Shown here piece after piece: positions 12,747 to 27,000 of a DNA stretch of 64,000 nucleotides; position 1 is the first letter of the stretch, and each line of letters starts with the position of its first letter. A model generated the notes under the pieces. The model had not been told where the DNA came from. It searched no databases and saw nothing but the letters and a program-made list of their open reading frames with translations. A program made the position numbers and the translations under genes. The stretch is from contig JALJEE010001852.1 in NCBI GenBank assembly GCA_023231475.1, positions 1 to 64,000 on the forward strand, written 5' to 3'. The DNA is from Seison nebaliae (Eukaryota).

Positions 12747-13450
12747 ATGGTTATATCGCTTATCTTCTTATTTCAAGTTGACGACATTACTTAGGAACCG
12801 CCAGCCACTCCCATCAATAATGAATCGGAAAATAAGACAATTATGTCACATGTTCAGGACTTGAACTTGGATTACTTTAGAAGTTTTGAAGGAATAGTCA
12901 ATTCTATCTTGACTGGTCTTCTCTTTATTGCTCTTATATGTTCCGGTTCACAACCATGGCATACAACTATCGGTAGTTGGTTTGAAGCACAAGGAGCATT
13001 TTTGTTCATCCATCGAATTCTTTATTTCTTCATTCGAATATTCAAAGTGGATGAAAAGATTAAAATAATCAATTGGCGACTTTCCGTTAAATTTTCTTCT
13101 ACACTTATTTCACAAGTTTTCTGTAGGACTCGATTACGACACTGATACTCGTCGTCTTTTATCTTTTCAGTACGATAGCGCTTTTGACCAATACTCATGG
13201 CAATGCAGGATACATCGTTGCGGCAGTTTAGTCCATTTAACAACTGTTTTCTACCTTTTAATTTATTATTTTTTTTTAATTTCAAAAATTAATTTTTTTT
13301 AAGATCTTAGGATTAGTAATATGTTTCTCATCGGCGGCTCTTTATAATCCGGTCGTCGTCTGGAAGGAATTGAAAAATCGATCAGCGAATGTCGCAACTA
13401 CTAATGCGAATCCAACGGAACCACAATATCAAAATCGAGATACCGTTTAA
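12747..13450 (+). CDS. MARVEL-domain four-TM membrane protein (CMTM/plasmolipin-like)
   Basis: Spliced product has YFRSFEGI, INWRLSDSITT and YIVAAILG with four hydrophobic segments. Introns at 12750-12794, 13086-13126 and 13226-13303 are all phase 0 with GTT donors. Confidence 0.7.
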
Positions 13451-13545
13451 AAAACGAAAAAGAAAACGATTTATTTTTATCGTAAAAAATTCTTAAATTT
13501 TCAACTAAAAGTTCATGGTCGATTTAAAATAGAATATCTTTTTTC

Positions 13546-16500
13546 TTATTCATTTCCCACATTGAGCTGCGCTCGCACTTTCTTCAACGTAGTCGAACAT
13601 CGAAGTTTCATTAATTTGGAAGAAGGAGAATCAGTTTCACCTAATCGTTTCACTGGAATTGTTCCTTCTTCTTCTACAAACCGAACGAGAGTTCCATTGA
13701 GGAATTTCTTACACGCTTCCAAATTGAGACAGTTCTGTTAAGAAAAGAAATATAATTAGAAAATAAAAATGAAATAAGAGAACTGTATAATTGGCGAGGA
13801 CGCATTGGATGAAGGAGAGACAAGTTTGAATTTCAGAGACATCATCAAGGATTCGTAGATGTTCCCAAGTGATGGAGATTAATTGATTAAATGTATCGTT
13901 CGAAATCAATTGTTGATAAGATGACGATTTGAAGAAGTTCTGTATTTTCGTTTGTTCTTCCAATTTGACGTTTTTGAAATCGGTGAAATTGAATGAATTA
14001 ATTCCATTCATCTTCAATTCATGAAGTGCAAGGAAAATGCGCGATAACGATGCAACCAATGTGTCATGATATAAGATATCGAAATCATTCATCTTCATTT
14101 CGATAATGGAACTATTACCTTTCAATTCATTGATACATAATTCCATAAATGAATGGAACGACGATTCCTTCCCTTCCAATGATAAAATACTCAAATAATG
14201 AAAAGGCGAAGCAGAGAAAAGAGTGGAGATAGCATAAATGAAATTATTTCTTATCTCATCCGAATAACTCGTGAATTTCGATATTTCAACCAACGATTGA
14301 ACGAGATGAAATAGACGTGAATAAATTAGATGGAAATAAGATAAAAAATTCTTCTGTTGTGTCACATAGAAAGAGAGAACATTCGGTTTGGAGACACTTC
14401 CATCATTCGGTGCTAAATCTTGAATGAGCGTGCAATTGATAAGCATGGATAAGTAGCCGAGTGTATGACTCAAATCTTCGTCCGTATTTTCAATCGGTTT
14501 CGTCGACAATTTGGTGGTTTTGGTAGTTGGGATGAATTGCTTCTCGAAATGTGTAAGGACAATATCATAAATTCGAAATAATAAAACTCGACGTAAATCA
14601 TTCCAGGAATCAAATTCGTCTTTCGGTTGTATTTGATGTGGTTGTGGACGATTATTATTAATTGATGATTTATTCTTCTTTCTAACGTTTTGCGTATTTT
14701 GAATTCGGTTTTTCTTTCGCTGCGAATTCGTCAACTTCTTATTCTTCTGTTGTAATTCATGATAATTTTGCAACGGTTTCAATTCCTCCATTTTTCCATA
14801 GAACTCATGACGATGGAAATGGGGTGAGAGTGTGGCATAATAAAGATAATCGATAATCGATGGGAATAATTCGAGAGTTGATTGAATGATCTTTGAATTC
14901 TTTGCAGTTTTTTGTGAAGATGATGATTTCTTTTGAATGATCTTCTCACAATAATCCACCAATTTGACGAGAGTATTATGAGTAATGATGAGAGTTGAAC
15001 CTTTCTCATTGAATAATTGAAATTTATTTTTATTGTAAAATGACAATAATTTCGTCTTCTTCTCCAACATATCGAATTCATGAATTTGATGAATGTTCGA
15101 TACTTCGTCCATAACATTTATGATGGCTCTCAATGTTTCCGAATAGACGTCATCGTCCATCATTTGTTCACCGAATAATTTCTTCTCATCTTCCAACATA
15201 TCATTCTCCATATCACTCTCGTCAATAATATCGAGTAATCGATGGACGAAACCGTCGATGGAAATAAATCTTTTCTCATCATCAACGTCATCGATATCAT
15301 CCACATCATCTCCATTCTCATCCATCTTCTCATCATTCTTCTTCGATAATTCACTCAAACTGTTATACAATTTAACTGAATTGACCAATTTGTTTTCGAG
15401 AGATCTTTCTTCCGTTTTTCCATCAAAACGGAGAAATTCGATAAGTTTGATCAGACTGAAATTGGAGAATTTAATATCTCGAAATAATCGTCGATCATCA
15501 TCCACATATTTAATAATGATCAATGATAAATGGTAATCGATTGATGTGGCGATAGATGTGAGAGATGTTAGAGAAGTAGAAATAACATCATCCACCGGAT
15601 AATCGAGAAAATCGTGCAACGTCAACATGAGTTTTTGAATGAATAATGCTTTCGTATAGAGATGGAATAAATTCGATTTCTCATCATTTTCATTCGACCA
15701 TTCTCTCGGAATTTTTATGGTGATGTTGAGACGAGCGAGAGTAAAATCATTCAATTTGAATGGAAGAACGTCGTTATTGAAGAGAGATATAGCTGGTTGC
15801 ATTTGAACATCATTCCTGAATAACGACGCAGTAATTGAAGAGAATAAGATGTTGAGTGATCTCATACATGACGATTTGAGATCGATGGTACTATTAAGAA
15901 TATCACCACCTTCTAATTCGTCGTCACTATCATCATCGATCTCACTTTCGTCATCATCCTCGTTAACACTCTCATCAATCGATTCATCTCCTTTTATCAT
16001 CTGATTCTCCAACTTCTCCAACATACTCTCGTCCATTCCCATATCTTCATTCGTCGTTAACGATCGAACAATGTAATGAAGAAGTGTAAAGTACATTGGA
16101 TGCGGACAGAATGTCCCAACACTACTAAGCGCTGATGAGAGGAATGTATATCTGTTAATTATTTACAAATTGTTATTGTTATTGTTATTGTTTATATGGT
16201 AATTTTATTAGGTATTCCAGATTCCATTAGAAACAGGTTGATATGTTTCCATACCATCCATTGGATTTCATTCCATAAAAATGAAAGAAAGAAAAGAAAG
16301 AAAGAAAGATCATTAAATTTTGAACAAATAAATCATTTATCAAGAGGAGAAGCCTCTTCCTATCTCTCCTCCTCATCATCATCATCATCCTTCATTCCAA
16401 CCAACTAATCAACGAATCTTCACTCAATTTCTAGTCGACTAACTCTCTGTCTGAAGATCGATTGGATTTAATGAGGAATTGATGGTCATTTTCAGAGGAA

Positions 16501-19500
16501 GATATTCACCTCCTCATACAGAACGATAGGAGAAAGAAAATCGTTTGAGGTAAAACAGATTGAGTTATCTTTCAAGTTCATTCATTTTCTTCAGTCCTCC
16601 TTCCGATGAATGGAGGTCATTCCCATATCGGAAGGAGCAGAAGAAGAATGATTATTTTCAGTTAAGTCAGTTTGTCTGTCTATATTTTCTCCTTATTCTT
16701 GGTAATAAGAATAATATAAACATTGGATGATTCATCAAAACAATCAGTCAAATCAACCAGAAAATGAATAAGAGAAAAAAGGAAATTGTGGAAAAGAATT
16801 GTGTTGAAGAAAGTAGAAATATTTTCGTCTCCCCTCCATTCGGAGGGGGGGAAGATGCGAGTATAATCAATTTATATTTAATCAGGTTAAATGATAGAGA
16901 AGAAATGCTCATCATTGCGTTACATGAACAAATCATTCTTGTAATTTGGGGAGGAATTGAAATGGAAACAGAAATTATTTGAAGTCATTCTCTCTCACCT
17001 CCCACAGTTGAACGAAGAGAATGATTAATCAGTTTTGTCTTCTCTCCTTGATCGATTAATGAAGGATATGTATAAGGAGTGATGATGAATGTGAAATTAA
17101 TTAGCTAATTCTTATTCTAACTACGTTACTACTATTACTACCGGTTCTCTTACTCGTAAAAGCCGCATTCATCATTATTAGGGAAACATTCTTTCAATTA
17201 TTAACGATCTGATCTGACCCCGATACGTGGCAGTAACTTCTAATTAGGAAGAGGTCGACCAGAGAGATGTTGACTGCCACAGTCCTAAATAATATGGACA
17301 AGTTACGGCAATCTCTCCTCCCCTAAATCTTTGTCTTCCGCCCGAAAAATTGTACATCCGATCTACATTCCTCCTCTGACATATCACACAAATTGATGAA
17401 GGTTGTTCCCTATTGGTCGTTCCAAATTTCATCACCTTCACAATTCACTTCAACTGTTAATTTCCCATTTCGGGTTTTCCCATTTTTCCTTCTCTTCATA
17501 TCACCACACACACACACAAACACACACACACACACACACATTATCCCATCAAATGGAATCTCACCATCTGAAGATATTTAAATTTTTTCGTTCGATTAGA
17601 AAAAACCTGTAAGAGATAAAAGACGGAACATCTATCATAAGAGGAATTGAAAAAGAAATGAAAAGGAGAGTTGATGCAATTCGAATAATAAAATAAGAAT
17701 GAAGATTAATTTCCTAATTATCTTATTGATCACTATCGTTATTGGGAGATCGAAGAGTGACGAGTCCTATTTCGAAATTCAAAGAAGACGATTCATTCGA
17801 TTACGTCAATTACAAATGAAGAATTATGTAAAACAATTCAGTCTCGGCACAACATTTCAATCTAACATCTTTCCACTAAATCAAACAATAACAACAACAA
17901 CAACAACCCTACCAACAACAACAAGAGAATTATATAAAACTACAAAAATTTCCTTATCGAATAATACTGATTATTATTTCGATGGAGATTATTATGAACC
18001 AACACAATCTATTGGTCTTCTTCCAATTAAATCATCGACTAATATGTCAACGAATATGAAAAATTATTTCATTACAACAACAACCATTACTCCAACAACA
18101 ACAACAACAACAACAATCAGAACAACACTCACTAGAAATACAATAAAAGAGGAAGAACCGATGAATTTGGTTGTTAAATCCAATCGATATATTCAATATC
18201 ATCCAACTTACTTAACAACAACAACAACAACAACAACTGACCCGACAATTGCTGTTAATACAGTCTCGTCAATTTCTCCCGAGAAGAATGAGAGTCATCG
18301 TAAACAGATTCGAAGAAAATCGAGAAAAACTTTAAATATTTTAAAGTTATTAAAAACATTGTCGAAGAATCAAAGGAATAGATTGGTGAAATTGTGGAAT
18401 AAAAAGAAAACGTGGAAATCTAAATGGCAACCGAATGAGAAACATCGACGACAAAATACAAATAGTAATTTTAATATCGATCGAACCCATCAATTATCAT
18501 CAACTACCACAATAGGAATGAAAGAGGATTTAATTCCATCTACAATTCTCCCCACTACAACAATGACAACGATATCTACAACATCATCAGTAATGATAAA
18601 CAATTCGAATAATATGAGTAATCAATGTGTTTGTGAACGTGGACCACCAGGTCCGAAAGGTGAACCAGGTTTTTTTTTTAATTTTAAATTTTTCCATTAA
18701 AATTTTTCCTCTTTTAGGAATGATAATATTTAAACACGTTTACGTTGGATTTAATGATGTTGACGGGAAGAAACATATGGAACAGATTGACGAACCATCG
18801 ACAATTTCGAAAAAATATGAAAGAACAACTAGGAAACGTCATGAGAATAATCATAACGATGATAATGAGAAAATGATGGAAAAGTATGAACATCGTTTCT
18901 TATCGACAATTAAATCATATTTCATTCTCACACATCGTCTAACATTTCAATTGCAATCATTCCGTATACCGCAACCACTTGTCACTAAATTCCATAACGA
19001 ACGTCAAATTTTGACATTCAACAACATCATTTGGAATGATATGTCACTTTATAACCAATCGACGGGTCGACTGTCTATACCAGCCAATCTCTTTCAACAA
19101 ATTCAACGACATTTGCTCATTGTCAAATCGTCTTTATTCCCACATTCTCACTACTCACCTATTGGCGATCTGACGGCAGTTTTCCGTTTTCATCTAACAA
19201 TTTTATCTCAAACAAATCGTCGAGTTTGATCATTTCATTCAACATTTACATAAATTCACTCTTTCCAAAATTATAGGTGACGGTAGAAGTGTTCAAGAAT
19301 CGAGAATCACTTCATGTATTAAAGAATCATAATACGATCTATTCATCCTCCACTTCAACTTTGACGTTCGTAGAAGAATTAGATAGAAATAATTATGTTC
19401 TCTTCACTCTTTATTATCGTCTTTCTAATTATCTTTTGATTATCTATTTAGATTTGGTTAGCTCTTCATGGAGCATCCGAGAGTTACATAAGCGATGACA

Positions 19501-21870
19501 AATTGACATCATTCTCTGGTGATTTATTATATTGGAAATTGAATGGAGATATACTTTATCCGGAAGATCTCTTCCTCTCTCAATATCGTTCGATCGATGA
19601 AATTTGAAGAATTCTACTAACATTGATCCCCTTAAATCTGAATAATTTTCTGTTGATACGATTTCGATCTTATTATTCTCCTCTTTCTCACCATTATCTC
19701 GTAACTGATCGATCTTCTCCAACAATTGAAATGTATAAACGATAATTTCTTGTAAATTCTTTCCCGATAAATATCCATAATTCTTCTTCAATTTCTCATC
19801 AGAACAGATCTCATTCAAATATAATCGACTCTTCCAATTCTCGATGATTGCATAGAAAACGTCATACGATTTCATTTGGAGAAGATGTTTCGAATATTTC
19901 TCCGCATCGATATCAATATCAACTTCGGTGAATTCCGTTAAAGGAACGTACATGATCGGTGTAATCGTACTCAACAATCGTTCCACGTGATCGATATTGA
20001 TCAAATTCATCGAAGTCGAATTGAAGAAAATCGTTTCGATGGAATTAAATGCGAATATTTTATGTTTAATCTCCCCCGTCGGATGACGAATAAATTGACA
20101 TAATAATTCGATTGAATTATCGATGAGTATTGATGGAATACCTTTCAAATTAGTCATTAAAATATTGAAGAGATAAAATGATTTCCAAATGACATCATGT
20201 TTCTTCATAGTCTCCTCATCATTATCTTCATCGATATGATCTCCCATCATTCCAGTTTCAATACTTCCCATCTGATTAGTGATATGTCGACAGATCATCG
20301 GTAAACAAACTGAAGTCATTTCAACAAAATATGATTCTTGATAAACGTTATCCAAAATCTCTCCCAATAAAATAAAAGATGCGGATTGAATTAACGGATT
20401 ATCGATAATTGTTGATAATAATCCGAATCGAACGAATTGTGAATAAAAATATTTTCTGATCAATTCACCACCACATCGACATGTCGTCGCCATTGAGAGT
20501 AGAAGTGCCGTATGTGTCTCCGATGGTAAACGTTGTAACATTTCGATATGTTCCGGAAATTTTTCATTTTCTTTCACTTTCTTCAAAAACGAAAAAGTTT
20601 CATTCGGATCGTCTTCTTTTTCGAATGTCAATTGGAGGAAATTACCACTGGCCTTATTGAGAAGAGGAATGAAATTATCAAAAAATAATTTTGGAGTTAA
20701 ATTCTCTACAATCGCATCTAACAACATTCGTGCACTCATTCTAATTCCGATACTTTCATTCATATCACTCATAACACTGATGGATTTTGGTTCTTGTAAA
20801 TATTTGTCTGCTTCTGCCATCGACCATGGACAAGACATAATATGAAATGATGATTGAATTATACTACTCAATAATTGAGGATTGGTGGCGAGTTGTGGAA
20901 GACAATTATGAACTGTATCTGTTAGAAATTGAAGAGATCGTTCTCTTAAATGACTGTCACAAACAATCGCTACATTATCGATCAATTGACAGAGATGAAT
21001 GAGAATTTGTTGAAGGAAATGAAACAAATTTTTTCCATCTTCCAAAAATGAATCAAAATAATCGAAAATTCCATCAAATTTCATATCTGTTGTTCGATTA
21101 ATTTTATCGATGGATAAATATCTCGCTAAAGAATTGAGAGCTAATTTAATCGATACTTCAATCATCTCATCTGTTTCCTGATTCTTGTGATATGGAGCGA
21201 GACGTAAGAGAAGAATTGCCAGAGCTTTACAACTGGAATTAGTAAAAAGAAGTTCGAGTTGATTCGCTTCATTCAATTGAACGAAATGTAGAATTATTTT
21301 CATAAATCGATTCGTTTCTTGTTGATTCAAATATTCTCCATCTTTACTTATGAGAATAATGAGCATTTCTAATGAAACGAGATATGAATATTTATTGAAA
21401 TCATTTACTGGTATCATTACTTCTGCTCCTTGTACAATTCGTTCTAATTCTTTCGTAATCTTCTCTTTTAACTCATTCCAATGGAATTGTCGATTCGTTT
21501 TATTCTTTGATTTATTCTTCAGATTAATTATCCTTCCATAAATCCGTTCAATCCAACTACATAATTTCAATGCGATTTTATTGGGATAAATCGCATTATA
21601 TAGAAACATCAACGACTGTTCACCAATCAGTCTCAGATTGGGAGCGTTGTTTGATGCAAGTAACGTTGACGAATTACTGACGAGAAGTGTCGCCGCATAA
21701 GTTCGGACGTCTTCATGGATCTGCTGAGAAGCGATCGTTTCCATAAAAATTTCGAGAAGATTCTTCTCATTCTCTTCAATGAACTTCTTCAATTGAATTG
21801 TTCCTTCCTCCACTTTGGTTGGAGAAAGGAGATCTTGAATAATCAATACGAATTGCTCCTTCGGATCCAT
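13546..21870 (-). CDS. Importin-4-like HEAT-repeat karyopherin beta, 3 exons, with a 3470 nt first intron
   Basis: Importin-like N-terminus (EDVRTYAATLL). Joining 19622 to 16151 (phase 2) gives SDLRGSIYTFLSSALSSVG...IVRSLTTNE followed by an acidic loop, resembling importin-4. Second intron at 13735-13783. Confidence 0.7.
17699..19607 (+). CDS. Secreted C1q-domain protein with Thr-rich stalk and short collagen motif, nested in the importin intron
   Basis: Signal peptide, CVCERGPPGPKGEPG, and C1q-like motifs LTFNNI..N..YNQSTGRLSIP, VFRFHLTI, IWL and TSFSGDLL. Introns at 18669-18717, 19224-19276 and 19397-19451. Confidence 0.8.
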
Positions 21871-23023
21871 CTTCCAATAAAATTAATGAAATAAGAGATT
21901 TATCTTCTAGGAAATAAGAAAGAATGAAAAGATTCGTTCAAATGAAAGATGATGGAAAGAATTATAAAGAATGAAATTATGATGAATTTGAAGAAAATAT
22001 CCGGAATGTAGCACACGTGCCAATTTAAAAGGAGAAATATATTCAAATTCCATTCATTCACTTCATAATTCTATTCCGATTCGAAATGAAACATTCAACT
22101 TTTTAGCCTTTTCTCATCGAATATCGTGCAATTCCATCCCTTTATCAGACAAATTACCCACAAGAGATCATCTCACTGATTGCTTATGGTTTCAGACTGA
22201 AAACATTGAAATTAATAACATCAACATCTTTCTTCAAATAAGAATAATGTGATTGAGAAATTATTCAAATTTTAGCTCTTCAAACTTGACTTTTAAATTA
22301 ATTTAATTAAATACTTTTTATAAATAATTAATCGATATCGATCATCAATTGAAGAAGCACTATTAAAACTAGATAAATATCCTTATAAAAATTATGTGAG
22401 ATCATAAACTCAATTTCTGAATTTTTCATTATGTCATTGAAATTTAGTAGGATTAGTAGGAAACGTATAAAAAGACTTTAATCGATTTGGAAAGTGAGGA
22501 GAATCGTCAGGAGATCAAACGAATTAGTCATATAAATAATTTGTTAATTATTCAAAAAATTTATAGATTATTATATGGTTAGAAGTTAAAGGAAGAATTG
22601 TCAGAATGAAAATCCATTTTCCATCAGATAATACCATTCAACCAATTAACCGCTTCAATTCAATTGTGGAAGAAATTTCTCAAGTTTCATATTTCATACA
22701 TCAAGAGACATAAATTATATTTAAATGTCTTAATAATATGACGAGAGATAATTATAAATATAGACTAAAGAATAATTGGTAAATAAGTGAAGTGTTAGAA
22801 TGATATTGATTCGTCATTTCTTCTTGTGTAGGAATAGTGTGAAAATTGTATAGAATTCAATATATATGCTAAATAGATTGCTATACTACGTATAAGATGG
22901 CTTATAATGTAAATGAAATATTTTCATAAAATAATTCTCCATTAAATTGTTAATGATTAATCCATCTCTTACACAATCTCTCGTAATATTATTAATATTC
23001 GTATTAATAGTTGATAAGTAACG

Positions 23024-24164
23024 ATGACATCGTCGAATGAGAATGAAAGTATTGAAAGGTATTGTCTATTAACTCGAATGCTGTGTTCGCCGAAATTGAG
23101 TGGGATGAAGGAGGAGGAGGAGAATGAGACGAATCTGGATTTATTCCTCTCACGAGAACATATCGAACGATTACATAGGATGATGGAAAGAGAATTGGAT
23201 CATTTGAAAGCGGAAATTAATCAATTACAATCATCCATTGAAGAATTTACAATCATCAATCAACAACTATCACAACGAATCGATGCTATCGATGTTGATG
23301 TTTTGATTAATTATTTTTTTCGTATTTTCAAAATTTCCTTTCTAATTCTCCTTCCGTTTCATAGGAAGAACAAGTCGTTGCTCTTACTCGAACGTTGGAA
23401 GAGTGTCAATCACAATATGATCACATAATGAATATCGTAAAAGCGTTAAGTGATGGTTAAGATTCAAAGGAAAAATATTTATATTTATTTCCTCCATTCT
23501 AACGAGACAGTAAGTAAACTCTTCTCACTTTTTTGCTATTTCTCATTCTCTCGTTGCTCCTGCTGTTGTTGTTGTTCTTCTTCTTGAATGATCAAGAACA
23601 TTCGTCTTATTATTCTCCAAATTATCATTTGACATGACAGAAAAATTGGACAACAAATTAATTTTCTCTTTTAAATAATTTTCAGCTGAAAATAGAAAAC
23701 CGCCGATAAAACCGTCACTCCAAACCTCCATCTCAGCCAACACATCACAAAAAGAGAATTTTCTCCAAATTCCTTTCGTCTCCCGATCGACGAAAGAGAT
23801 CGGACGAAATAAACGGTCGAAAAGTTTTCAAAGTTTCACTCGCAAATTGTTCGTTCTTTTTCTCGTTTATAAACTACTAAATTAATTTTCCTTTCTCTAT
23901 TAAACGACAAGACTCGATCGAAACGTCTCACCAATCCAAAGGATATTGACAACACCTAAATTTCCCGGTCTCTCTCAATTCGTACCGAGTCAAACCGCTT
24001 TTGACACCATTCACCAGAAATCATCCACATTCCATCATACTCAAACCATCGCCGCTTATGTCCAATCCATCATTCATCAACGTCGTCCAACTCACCCGCC
24101 CGACAAAGATTTAGAAGTTTCTTGTAAGTTTATTGAAAATAAATTATGTAATCGAATTATTTGA
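23024..24164 (+). CDS. Uncharacterised coiled-coil protein (tentative exon model)
   Basis: Coiled-coil-like ORF from 23024. Frame-consistent introns at 23300-23364, 23456-23685 and 23849-23911 link it to ORF 23946-24164. No homology anchor. Confidence 0.45.
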
Positions 24165-25230
24165 TAATAAATTCTTTGTCCATATCGCCTCTCTCATCAT
24201 CTTCGTACGCATCTTCCATCATCTCCTCAATCGACTATCATATCATTATCATTTAAAATTGACGAATGAGACTAACAAATTTCTCTTCTAATTCATTCGA
24301 TGTGTTTGATGGAATCATAAAATCTTCACTCATCTTATTCTCCTCCATTTGTTCATTGTTTGAGATTTGTTGTTGTTTGTGACAATTGACGTACAATTCT
24401 TTCACTGTAACGAACGAAAAATATTAAAATTTTGAAAGACAAAATAATTTTTCTTTTTTTTTTTCAAGAATTTTTTTTTGAAAAATTTCAAAAATTCTTC
24501 GAAGAATTTTTTTAAAAAATATATATTTCACATATGTTACATTAAATTGAAAGTTGAGTTGAGAAACAATATAACATTGAGTGATTGATGATGAACAGAT
24601 TCTTAATTCGACATCATTTCGTTCAACTTCGGATGATGGTCTCTCGTCGACGGAATCGGAATCCATCCCTTCCTCCGAGTCATTTTCTTCCGCATCTGAT
24701 TAATTAGATAATCGGAAAGTAAATGTGGGAGAGGAATAACCAGCGAAACAAGATAGTGTTGAGGTAAATGATTCTACATTATCTCTCTCTGATAAGATGG
24801 CATTCATATAAATACAAGGTATTTTTGGGAATTGTTCTAAATCAGACGACATAGCCAAAATACAAAGAGACTCGAAAGGAATGACAAATAAATTTTCCGA
24901 TTTCTTCCAAAGTTCTGGTAAGGGAACTTGTTCCGAACAATTCTTATTATTAATCAATTTGATGTGCACTCCACTATGAGAATGGTATGTGTGAAAGGGA
25001 AAGTAGAGAGAATGTGAAACTTGTCGAGAACATCGACGGAAACTTGTCCACACTCCAATTGACCGACGAAAAAATGAGGGAAAGTCTGGAACATTTTTGG
25101 GAATTTGTGTGAAAGAAATTTTCGAATATTGAAACTAAAAATTTGAATAATATCGAATGGATGGAATAAGAAGTAATTGATGGTGAATTGAATGTGGGAT
25201 AATGTAGATTAATATAACTGTAGGTGTCAT
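24157..25230 (-). CDS. pICln-like methylosome subunit / Sm-protein assembly chaperone, 6 exons
   Basis: Spliced product contains FVIPFESLCILAMSSDLEQFPKIPCIYM, an acidic tract, ELRICSSSITQLKELY..C..QQ and an acidic tail, matching the pICln layout. Five frame-consistent introns: 25086-25218, 24974-25020, 24696-24740, 24405-24575, 24235-24276. Confidence 0.65.
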
Positions 25231-25297
25231 GACGACAAGAATTGTAAATTGACACAAATTCATTTTTCATAAAGGAAATTTATTGTTTTCAGTTCTC

Positions 25298-27000
25298 ATG
25301 GTTAGTTGTCATCTATTCTATTGAATAATCATTCTATCTAATAATAATAATAATAATTCCATTTGATGATTAGGCAAAAAAAGATAAAAAGAAGAAAGGA
25401 AAAGGAGGTGGGAATCCGGGAATGGTGGATGGAATTCCTACTGCCGAAATGACGAAAGAACAATTGGAGGAGCATATTATTCGATTGCAGGAAGAGATTA
25501 ATCGTGAGAGAGAAGAACGAAATTATTTCCAATTGGAACGTGATAAGATCAATACTTTCTGGGAAATAACAAAACGACAATTAGAGGAGAAGAAAGTTGA
25601 ATTGAGAAATAAAGATAGAGAGATGGAAGATGTTGAGGAGCGTCACCAAGTCGAAATTAAAGTGTATAAACAGAAAGTCAAACATCTGTTGTATGAGCAT
25701 CAAAATAATTTGGCTGAAGTTAAAATGCAGAATTTGGTGGAGTTTAAAGAGAAGGAGAATTCTGATTTCCAGAACGAAGTGAACGACAGAAAAGCAATTC
25801 GTGATTTGAAACAGAAGTTGCATGAAGATCGAATATCGAATGAAGAAGTGATGAAATCGATGAAATTGAAACAACAAGAAGAACAAACTGCGCTAAGAAG
25901 TCGATTCGAACAACAAGTGAGTGAAATCGAAGAGAAATTCAATATGAAAATGAAAAATTTGCGAGAAGATCTCGAACTGCGAAGAAAGACTGATATTCAT
26001 GAGGTGGAGGAGAGGAAGAACCAACAGATTAATACATTGTTGAAGAATCATGAGAAAGCTTTCTCCGATATCAAGAATTATTATAATGATATTACTCTCA
26101 ACAATCTCGCTCTCATCAATACGTTGAAAGTGGGAACTTATTTTTATAATATTATAAACATTCTAATTTCGCTTTATAGGAGCAAGTGGAAGAGATGAAG
26201 AAGAAGGAGGAACGTCTCGAGAAGCAAATGCATGAAACTCAAATGGAGAATAAGAGATTAGTTGACCCTCTCAATAAGGCGAAAGATGAATTGACAGACA
26301 TGAGGAAGAAAGTAACTTGTTATGAGAAGGACAAACAATTACTTGCTTCAACACGAAATCGATTGAAATTGTTGACGAAAGAACATTCGAATCTTCAATG
26401 GGAATTAGAAGTTCTCACACAACGATATGATGCTGTTCGTTTTTTATTTTTCTTTCCAAAAAAAACAAGTTATTTTGTGTCAGTTGGAGAAAGAACGAGA
26501 TGCTTATTATAAGAATTTCACGGAAGCAATTCATGACGTTCAACAGAAAGCTGGATTGAAGAATTTGTTATTAGAAAAGAAATTGACAACAATCGGAGAA
26601 ATGTTGGAGAAGCGCAATGCTCAATTCAATGAAGTTTCTATTCAATTAATTCACTTTCAACTTATTCTCTTCTCAGGTTGTTGTCACAGCGAATCTTGAT
26701 CCAACAGCAATTGGTGTAGTCGGATCGAAATTAGACGAAGTGGTCGAAAAGAAGAATAATATCATCAAAGAACTTCAATTAGAATTGGCCAGAATTTGCA
26801 AAGTTTTCTCATCATTATTTTTATTATTTCTATTCTTTCTAATTCTTCTTCAATTTTAGTCATATAATGATCTTTTAAGAAGTTTCGATGCGAAGTTACA
26901 ACAAATGGGATTATCCTCTTCCGAACATGGATTCAAACCAATGGCAACAACAGTAATGGAAGGAAATCGTGTGGGAACCGCTCCAATGCCAATACAATAA
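25298..27000 (+). CDS. GAS8: Growth arrest-specific 8 / dynein regulatory complex subunit 4, 6 exons
   Basis: [38 protein letters not shown] and [16 protein letters not shown]. Introns: 25301-25373, 26130-26179, 26435-26483, 26634-26676, 26803-26859. Confidence 0.97.
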
